NCBI GenBank assembly: GCA_963798085.1
Contig: CAWCRS010000007.1
Span: forward strand, 992,001 to 1,056,000
Direction: 5' to 3'
DNA from: an uncultured Gemmatimonadales bacterium
GTDB taxonomy: Bacteria > Gemmatimonadota > Gemmatimonadetes > Longimicrobiales > RSA9
Length of the DNA: 64,000 bases
Below the pieces are notes generated by a model. The model searched no databases. It saw only the letters and a program-made list of their open reading frames with translations, and was not told the DNA's origin. Both the position numbers and the translations under genes were made by a program. Below are positions 57,441 to 64,000 of the stretch, piece by piece; positions within the stretch are counted from its first letter, which is position 1; every line of letters starts with the position of its first letter.

Positions 57441-58804
57441 GCGCGCGCATCGGCATTCTGGGTCTGGGCCGCAGCGGGCGCGCGGCCGCGCGTCTGGCGC
57501 TGGCCCGTGGTAACAGTGTGTATGCATCGGACAGCGGCGACACGGAGGAGCTGCGTGCGGCGGCGGCGGAGGTCCGTGCCGCCGGCGGCGAGGCCGCTGT
57601 GGGCGGCCACGCGATCGCCGTGCTGGCGCAGTGTGATTTCATCGTGGTGAGTCCCGGCATTCCGCGCGGCGCGCCCGTCCTGAACGACGCCCGCCTGGCG
57701 GGCATTCCCATGATCCCCGAGCTGGAGTTCGCGTTCCGTCATCTGGATGCGCCCGTGATCGGCGTTACCGGCACGAACGGCAAGAGCACGACGACGGCGC
57801 TGGCCGCGCACCTGCTGCAGACGGCCGACTTCGATGCGCCGGCCGCGGGCAACATCGGATTGGCGCTCTCGGAAGTGGCGCTGCGCGAGGAGCCGCCGGA
57901 CTGGGTGGTCGTCGAGGCCAGCTCGTTCCAGCTGGCGGGCATCGACAGCTTCGCGCCGCGCATCGGCGTGGTGACGAATCTCTCGCCCGATCACCTCGAC
58001 CGCTATGCGTCCGTCGACGACTACTACGCGGACAAGGCGAAGCTCTTCCGCAACGCCGTGCCGTCGAACGTCTGGGTGCTGAACGGCGAGGATGCCGCGG
58101 CGCGTGCGCTGCCGGGCGAGGCGGCGGGCGAGCGGCAGTACTTCCGTGCCGAGTCCGCGCTCGCGGCCCGCGAACACGGTGGTTACGTGGCCGCGGACGG
58201 CGGTCTGATGCTGCGCGCAGCGGAAGGCGACACGCGCCTGCTGAATGTGAGCGAGCTGCGCATCGGCGGCCGGCACAATCACGCGAACGCGCTGGCCGCG
58301 ACGCTGGCGGCCGTGGCGGCGGGCGCGGATCGCGCGGCCCTGCAGGAGGGCCTGCGCAGCTTCGCCGGACTGGAACACCGCCTCGAGCCCGTGCTGGAAT
58401 CAAACGGCGTGTTATGGGTCAACGACTCCAAGGCGACGAACGTGGGCTCGACGCTGGTCGCGCTGCGCAGTATGACGCGGCCGACGGTGCTGCTGCTGGG
58501 TGGCCGGCACAAGGGCGAGCCGTACACCACGCTGCTCTCCGCGATGGGGCCCGTACGCGTGGTGGTGGCATACGGCGAGGCGGCGGAGCGCGTGGCCGGC
58601 GATCTGGGGCCGCACGTGCGCGTGGAGCGCGTGTCCGGTCGGTTCGAGGATGTGATGGCGAAGGCCGCCGCGCTGGCGCGACCGGGTGACGTCGTGCTGC
58701 TCTCGCCCGCGTGTTCCAGCTACGACATGTTCCGCAACTACGAAGAGCGGGGTCGCCGTTTCAAGGAGCTGGCGGCGAGGCAGGCCGAGGTGCTGCATGG
58801 CTAG
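57437..58804 (+). CDS. murD: UDP-MurNAc-L-Ala--D-Glu ligase
   Basis: GLGRSG, SPGIP, GTNGKST, SSFQL, DHLDRY, NDSKATN and SPACSSYD. Confidence 0.96.
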   Translation: MSARIGILGLGRSGRAAARLALARGNSVYASDSGDTEELRAAAAEVRAAGGEAAVGGHAIAVLAQCDFIVVSPGIPRGAPVLNDARLAGIPMIPELEFAFRHLDAPVIGVTGTNGKSTTTALAAHLLQTADFDAPAAGNIGLALSEVALREEPPDWVVVEASSFQLAGIDSFAPRIGVVTNLSPDHLDRYASVDDYYADKAKLFRNAVPSNVWVLNGEDAAARALPGEAAGERQYFRAESALAAREHGGYVAADGGLMLRAAEGDTRLLNVSELRIGGRHNHANALAATLAAVAAGADRAALQEGLRSFAGLEHRLEPVLESNGVLWVNDSKATNVGSTLVALRSMTRPTVLLLGGRHKGEPYTTLLSAMGPVRVVVAYGEAAERVAGDLGPHVRVERVSGRFEDVMAKAAALARPGDVVLLSPACSSYDMFRNYEERGRRFKELAARQAEVLHG

Positions 58805-59966
58805 CGCGGTCGCCGTTCCCGCGGTGGACTACGGCGGGCGGCGTCGTTCGCGGCTGGGCACCGGCTGGGAAGCGCCGGCGCTGCTCTCGCTCACGATCTT
58901 CGCGCTGTGTGCCGGGCTGGTCAGCGTCTACAGCGCGAGTGCGGTGAAAGCGCAGTCCGACGGGCTGCCGCACTACACGTTCATGGTGCGCCAGCTGGCG
59001 GGCGCCACGGCGGGTCTCGTGCTGCTGGTGCTGGCGGCGGTGATCGACTACCGGCGCTGGCGGCTGCTGGCCTGGCCGCTGCTGCTGCTTACGGTGCTGG
59101 CGCTGCTGGTCGTGATCACACCGGGCACACAGCCGATTGCACCCGTGGTGAACGGAGCACGCCGCTGGCTGGTGCTGGGCCCGCTCGTGATCCAGCCTTC
59201 GGAGTTTGCCAAACTCGCACTTATCGCATGGACGGCGGCGCTGGCGGTGAAGAAGCAGGAGAAGCTGCGCAGTCTGAGCCGCGGACTGCTGCCTTTCCTG
59301 GCGGTGTGGTTCGTGGTGGGCGGCCTGATCGCGCTGGAGCCCGGCCTTTCCGCGGCCATGCTGACACTGTTGTTCGCAGCCCTGGTGGTGTTCGCTGCGG
59401 GCGCACGCATCGGCCATTTCCTCGCGCTCGGGCTGGTGGCCGTGCCGCTGCTGGTCAGTCAGGTGAGTCACATTGCCTACCGCGTGAATCGCATTGCCGC
59501 GTTCCGCGACATGTCGCGCGACGTGGGTGGCGTCAGCTACCAGATCAACCAGGCGCTCATTGCCCTGGGCAGCGGGGGCCTGCTGGGGCGAGGCTTCGGT
59601 CACGGCCAGCAGAAGTTCGGCTTCCTGCCGGAACCGCACAACGACTTCATTCTGGCCATGATCGGCGAGGAGTGGGGGTTCCTCGGCGTAGCGGTGCTGA
59701 TCGTGCTCTTCGGGCTGTTCGCGCTGGTCGGTTATCGCATCGCGCGGCAGGCGCCAGACCTCTTCGGCTTCCTGCTCGCCATCGGGCTGACCAACCTGAT
59801 CGCGCTGCAGGCCATCCTGCACATCGCCGTGAATCTGTCGCTGCTGCCCACGACGGGTGTGACGCTGCCGTTCGTGTCGTACGGGCGCTCCAGCCTGCTG
59901 GTGTGCCTGGCCGCCGTGGGTGTGCTGCTCAACATCGCCCGCCAGTCCGGGCGGAGGACGGAGTGA
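58797..59966 (+). CDS. ftsW: SEDS peptidoglycan polymerase FtsW
   Basis: NGARRW, QPSEFAK, YQ..Q, LPEPHNDFI, GEEWG and LPFVSYG. Confidence 0.95.
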   Translation: MASAVAVPAVDYGGRRRSRLGTGWEAPALLSLTIFALCAGLVSVYSASAVKAQSDGLPHYTFMVRQLAGATAGLVLLVLAAVIDYRRWRLLAWPLLLLTVLALLVVITPGTQPIAPVVNGARRWLVLGPLVIQPSEFAKLALIAWTAALAVKKQEKLRSLSRGLLPFLAVWFVVGGLIALEPGLSAAMLTLLFAALVVFAAGARIGHFLALGLVAVPLLVSQVSHIAYRVNRIAAFRDMSRDVGGVSYQINQALIALGSGGLLGRGFGHGQQKFGFLPEPHNDFILAMIGEEWGFLGVAVLIVLFGLFALVGYRIARQAPDLFGFLLAIGLTNLIALQAILHIAVNLSLLPTTGVTLPFVSYGRSSLLVCLAAVGVLLNIARQSGRRTE

Positions 59967-61093
59967 GGCGGGTGCTCTTCGCGGGCGGCGGCACCGGCGG
60001 GCACCTGTATCCGGCCCTGGCTCTGGCGGCAGCGCTGGAGGAGCAGGCCAGCGACATAACCGTGCATTTCGTGGGTGCCAGGCGCGGCGTCGAAGCCCGC
60101 GTGCTGCCGCGCCGGGGCGTAGCGCACACGCTGCTGCCGATGGAGCCCATCTATCGTTCGCGCGTGCTGCGCAACTGGCGGTTAGGGCCCTCGCTGGTGC
60201 GCAGCCTGAGCGGCATTGCCGCGCTGTTCCGTCGCTTCCGCCCGCAGCTGGTGGTGGGCATGGGCGGCTACGCCAGCGCGCCGGCCTGTCTCTGGGCGGT
60301 GGCGCGGCGGGTGCCCATGGCGGTGCAGGAGCAGAATGCGAATCCGGGCGTGACCACGAAGCTGCTGGCGAGGTGGGCGAAGCAGGTGCACCTGGGATTT
60401 CCCGAAGCGGAGCGGGCGCTGCGCCCGGGCCCGCGAACACGTGTGTTCGCACTGGGCAATCCCATTCAGCCGCCCACGGCCGGAGCGCAGCGTGTGGAGA
60501 GTCGCGAAAGCCTGGGGCTGCCGGCGAGCGCGATGGTCGTGCTGATCGTGGGCGGCAGCCAGGGCGCGCATGCCGTGAACCAGGCGCTGCTGGTCGCCAT
60601 CGAGCGCGTGGTGCGGGGGATTGCCACCAGGCCGGCTGCATTGCAGCTGCTGTGGGCCACCGGTCCCGCACACGAGGCCGCGGTGCAGACGCAGCTGGCC
60701 GCGCTGGGCGTGGGCGCCTGGGTGCACGCACTGGGCTACATCGACGACATGCCGCGCGCGCTGGCGGCGACGGACATCGCCGTGTCGCGGGCGGGGGCGA
60801 TGATGACAGCGGAGTTACTGGCCTGGGGCATTCCCACGCTGCTGGTGCCGCTGCCCACCGCCGCGGCGGATCACCAGACGAAGAATGCACGCGCACTGGA
60901 GGCGGCGGGTGCGGCGGTGTGCATCGAGGAGTCGTCGCTCACACCCGAGCGGCTGTGGGACGCGCTGCTGCGCGTGGCTGGCGATGAAGCGACGCGCGCG
61001 CGCATGGCGGCGGCGGCGCGGCAGCGGGCGCGGCCCGACGCGGCGCGGGACATTGCGCGCGAACTGCTCACGCTGCTGCCGGTCGCATCATGA
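59963..61093 (+). CDS. murG: Lipid II GlcNAc transferase
   Basis: GGGTGGHLYP, GGYAS, EQN, GGSQGA, SRAGA and HQTKNA. Confidence 0.96.
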   Translation: MRRVLFAGGGTGGHLYPALALAAALEEQASDITVHFVGARRGVEARVLPRRGVAHTLLPMEPIYRSRVLRNWRLGPSLVRSLSGIAALFRRFRPQLVVGMGGYASAPACLWAVARRVPMAVQEQNANPGVTTKLLARWAKQVHLGFPEAERALRPGPRTRVFALGNPIQPPTAGAQRVESRESLGLPASAMVVLIVGGSQGAHAVNQALLVAIERVVRGIATRPAALQLLWATGPAHEAAVQTQLAALGVGAWVHALGYIDDMPRALAATDIAVSRAGAMMTAELLAWGIPTLLVPLPTAAADHQTKNARALEAAGAAVCIEESSLTPERLWDALLRVAGDEATRARMAAAARQRARPDAARDIARELLTLLPVAS

Positions 61094-62532
61094 TGGACGC
61101 GAACGCGACGCGCGGCGGGCGCGAGGCCTGGATGGATGTGGATCTGCGGGCACTGGCGCGCACGGGACCCGTGCACTTCGTGGGCATTGGCGGCGCCGGC
61201 ATGTCCGCGCTGGCGGAGCTGGTGCTGCGCGCGGGCGGCCGGGTGAGCGGTTGCGACACACAGCAGAGTGCCACGACCCGCGCGCTGGAAAAACTGGGCG
61301 CGGAAATCAGCCAGGGTCATGATGCGACGCACGCACGCGATGCGGTGGCAGTCGTGACGACCGCGGCAGTGCCGCCGGAGCATCCCGAACTGGTGGCGGC
61401 GCGGGCGCGCGGCATTCCCGTGCTCAAGCGGGCACAGGCGCTGGGCGCACTGGTGAATCGCGGGACGCTGGTGGCGATCGCGGGCACGCACGGCAAGACG
61501 ACGACGACGGCAATGACGGCCGCGATCCTGGCGGAAGCGGGGAAGGACCCGACCGGCTTCGTGGGCGGAACCGTGCCCGCATGGGGCAGCGGACTGCGCG
61601 CGGGATCGGACGCGCTGTTCGTGGTGGAAGCGGACGAATACGACCGTTCGTTCTTCGCGCTGCGCCCGCAGATCGCAGTGCTCACATTGGTCGAGCCGGA
61701 TCACCTCGATGTGTACGGCACTGCGGAAGCGGTGGAGGCGGCATTCCTGAGTTTCATCGAGCTGGTGCCACGCGAAGGCCTGGTGGCGGGCTGCGTCGAT
61801 GATGCGGGCGCCCGGCGGGTGCTGGCGCAACGGCAGGGCCTTGCCGTGCGCTACGGCACGAGCGATGACGCCACACTGCGCGCCGTGCAGGTGCGGCCGG
61901 AAGGTCGCGGCATGCGCTTCATCGTGCGTGATGGAGAAGCGGAGCTGGGCCGCATGGAAGTGGGCGCGCCGGGCCTGCACAACGTGCGCAATGCGCTGGG
62001 CGCCCTGGCGGCGGCGCGGCGCGCGGGCGCCGACTTCGGCGCGGCGCGGCGCGCGCTGGCCGCGTTCACCGGTGTCGAACGCCGGCTGCAGGAGCTGGGC
62101 AGCGCTGCCGGTGTGACGGTCGTCGACGACTACGCGCACCATCCCACGGAGATCGCCGCGTCCATTGCCGCCTGCCGCGCGGTCTACGGCGGGCGCTCGC
62201 TGATTGCCGCGTTCCAGCCGCACCTGTACACACGGACGCGCGATTTCGCGCTCGACTTCGGCAGCGCGCTGGCGGGAGCGGACGAAGTCTGGCTGACAGA
62301 CGTTTACGCGGCCCGCGAGCAGCCGATCGAGGGCGTCAGCGGATCGCTCGTCGCACGCGCTGTGGAGCAGGCGGGCGCCCCTGTGCACTACGTGCCCGCG
62401 CTGCGCGCGCTCGTGGAAGCGCTGACCGAGCAGCTGCGCGCCGGCGATGTCTGTTTGCTGATGGGTGCCGGCGACATCGATCACGCCGCGCACGATCTGC
62501 TGGCCCGGCTGCACACGCGGGGCGAACGATGA
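61090..62532 (+). CDS. murC: UDP-MurNAc--L-Ala ligase
   Basis: GIGGAGMS, GTHGKTTT, EADEYD, DDYAHHPTE, FQPH..TR and MGAGD. Confidence 0.96.
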   Translation: MMDANATRGGREAWMDVDLRALARTGPVHFVGIGGAGMSALAELVLRAGGRVSGCDTQQSATTRALEKLGAEISQGHDATHARDAVAVVTTAAVPPEHPELVAARARGIPVLKRAQALGALVNRGTLVAIAGTHGKTTTTAMTAAILAEAGKDPTGFVGGTVPAWGSGLRAGSDALFVVEADEYDRSFFALRPQIAVLTLVEPDHLDVYGTAEAVEAAFLSFIELVPREGLVAGCVDDAGARRVLAQRQGLAVRYGTSDDATLRAVQVRPEGRGMRFIVRDGEAELGRMEVGAPGLHNVRNALGALAAARRAGADFGAARRALAAFTGVERRLQELGSAAGVTVVDDYAHHPTEIAASIAACRAVYGGRSLIAAFQPHLYTRTRDFALDFGSALAGADEVWLTDVYAAREQPIEGVSGSLVARAVEQAGAPVHYVPALRALVEALTEQLRAGDVCLLMGAGDIDHAAHDLLARLHTRGER

Positions 62533-63299
62533 GCGCGCTGACCCGCTGGCTCACCGTACTGGGTGTAGCGGCCGGACTCACGCTCCTCGCCGCGCTGGCC
62601 CCGATCGCGTTCCGCAAGTGGGATGCGTTCCGTGTGCGCCGTATCGAGGTCACGGGCACGCACTTCATGGCGCCCGAAGCCGCATTGGCGGCCAGCGGCA
62701 TCACGGACACGTCGTCCGTGTTCGATGATGCCACGCGCTGGGCACAGCGGCTGCGCGCGCAGCGCATGGTCGCGGACGCGCGCGTGGTGCGGCGCCTGCC
62801 GGGCACGGTGCGCATCGAGGTCGTGGAGCGCGAGCCCGTGGCACTGGTGCGCACGCCCGAGCTGCGCGCCGTCGATGCACGCGGACGCGTGCTGCCCATG
62901 AATGTGGCCGGTGAGGATGTCGATCTGCCGGTGATCACCGAGCGCACGAAGCTGAGCGGCGACAGCGCGGTGGATGCGGCGACCGCGCGCGTGGTGCGGA
63001 CACTGCTCGAGATTCGTGCCTTCGATCCGCAGCTGGCGCATTCCATCTCGGAGATCGGGCGGGTGGCGGGCGGGCTGAGACTGCTGCTGCGGGAACCGCA
63101 GTCGGCGGAGGTGCTGCTGCCGGCAAGGCCGGATGAGCGCAAGCTGCACGAAGTGCGGCTGGCGATGGAACAACTGCGGTCGGAGGGCGGCGCGAACGGA
63201 ACGGGCGGCACGGCACTCGATCACCTGGCGCGCATGGACGCGCGCTTCGCAGATGAGTTGTTCGTGTCGCTCTCCGGCGCCGGGCGAACACAACGATGA
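62529..63299 (+). CDS. ftsQ: Cell division protein FtsQ/DivIB
   Basis: TM plus POTRA (F.V..IEVTG...VRRLPGTVRIEVVER.P) and C-terminal DARF. Confidence 0.85.
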   Translation: MSALTRWLTVLGVAAGLTLLAALAPIAFRKWDAFRVRRIEVTGTHFMAPEAALAASGITDTSSVFDDATRWAQRLRAQRMVADARVVRRLPGTVRIEVVEREPVALVRTPELRAVDARGRVLPMNVAGEDVDLPVITERTKLSGDSAVDAATARVVRTLLEIRAFDPQLAHSISEIGRVAGGLRLLLREPQSAEVLLPARPDERKLHEVRLAMEQLRSEGGANGTGGTALDHLARMDARFADELFVSLSGAGRTQR

Positions 63300-64000
63300 G
63301 ACCGAACCTGGTTGCCGGACTCGACATCGGGTCCACGAAGACATGTGCGGTGATCGCCGAGGTGCTGGCCGATCCGCGCGGCGAAATGCTGGTCAGGATC
63401 CTGGGCATGGGCCAGACACGAACCGGCGGCATGCGCCGCGAAGTGGTCACCGACATCGAAGGCACCACGACGTCCGTGCGCCAGGCCATGAAGGAAGCCG
63501 AGCTGCAGGCGGGCGTTTCCGTGGACCGTGTCCACATCGGCGTGGCAGGCGAGCACATTCACGCGCGCACCTCGAACGGCGTGGTAGCCGTGCAGAGCGC
63601 GGAGATCCGCGAGCAGGACGTGCGCCGCGTGCACGAAGTGGCGCGTGCCGTGGTGGTGCCCGCCGATCGCGAAGTGCTGCACGTGATCCCGCAGGACTAC
63701 ATCGTCGATCATCAGTCGGGCATCCGCGACCCCGTGGGCATGGCCGGCACCCGTCTCGAGGCGGAGGTCTACATCATCACCAGCTCCACCACGGCCACGC
63801 AGAACCTGAGCAAGGCTGTGGGTCGCGCGGGCTATCGCATTGACGCGCTGATCCACGAGCCCCTCGCCACGGCGCGCGCGGTGCTGACGGATGACGAGAA
63901 GGAGATGGGCGTCGCGCTGGTCGACCTGGGTGGCGGCACCACGGAGCTGGCCATCTTCCGCGACGGCAAAATGCGCCACCTCTCATCCATACCCTGGGGT
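63296..64000 (+). CDS. ftsA: Cell division protein FtsA (partial, runs off the window)
   Basis: MRPNLVAGLDIGSTKT, AELQAG, DPVGM.G.RLE and LVDLGGGTT. Confidence 0.95.
   Translation, partial: MRPNLVAGLDIGSTKTCAVIAEVLADPRGEMLVRILGMGQTRTGGMRREVVTDIEGTTTSVRQAMKEAELQAGVSVDRVHIGVAGEHIHARTSNGVVAVQSAEIREQDVRRVHEVARAVVVPADREVLHVIPQDYIVDHQSGIRDPVGMAGTRLEAEVYIITSSTTATQNLSKAVGRAGYRIDALIHEPLATARAVLTDDEKEMGVALVDLGGGTTELAIFRDGKMRHLSSIPWG

Noticed and set aside
56228..58804. 858-aa ORF read as an extended MurD (likewise the 728-aa ORF at 58907-61093 for MurG)
   Set aside because: The N-terminal parts are off-frame read-through across mraY and ftsW; the real starts are GTG 57437 and GTG 59963

Overview
A high-GC bacterial chromosomal segment with almost all genes on the + strand. 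Gene content and order suggest Gemmatimonadota; this is an inference, not a search result. Five blocks: (1) 0-5 kb: a Lys/Ala/Arg-rich histone-H1-like gene, HD hydrolase, iodotyrosine-deiodinase-like nitroreductase, MBL hydrolase and GDPD. (2) 5-19 kb: housekeeping run tilS-hpt-ftsH-folP-cdaA, then yggS-divIVA-punA-ileS-lspA-rluD. (3) 19.3-36.5 kb: a tightly coupled ~17 kb signalling operon, cheW-cheY-cheA-cheC / TPR / DUF4388-MshEN-TPR / TPR-roadblock / two MglB-like roadblocks / MglA GTPase / a double-AAA+ DnaA-like ATPase without a DNA-binding domain / a second DUF4388-MshEN-TPR / cheR-cheD-cheB (pseudo-receiver) / peptidase / small membrane protein / tRNA-Val. It contains no chemoreceptor and is the best candidate for an undescribed system. 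(4) 36.6-49 kb: accessory genes, including a Fur-box-controlled lipoprotein plus FTR1 iron permease, amidohydrolase, patatin, PmtA-like methyltransferase, M1 peptidase, class V aminotransferase, SDR and a secreted TPR protein. (5) 49.5-64 kb: the dcw cluster from mraZ to a partial ftsA, with an MraZ operator. Two genes carry +1 frameshifts that look like sequencing errors. I saw no CRISPR array, rRNA, integrase or transposase.
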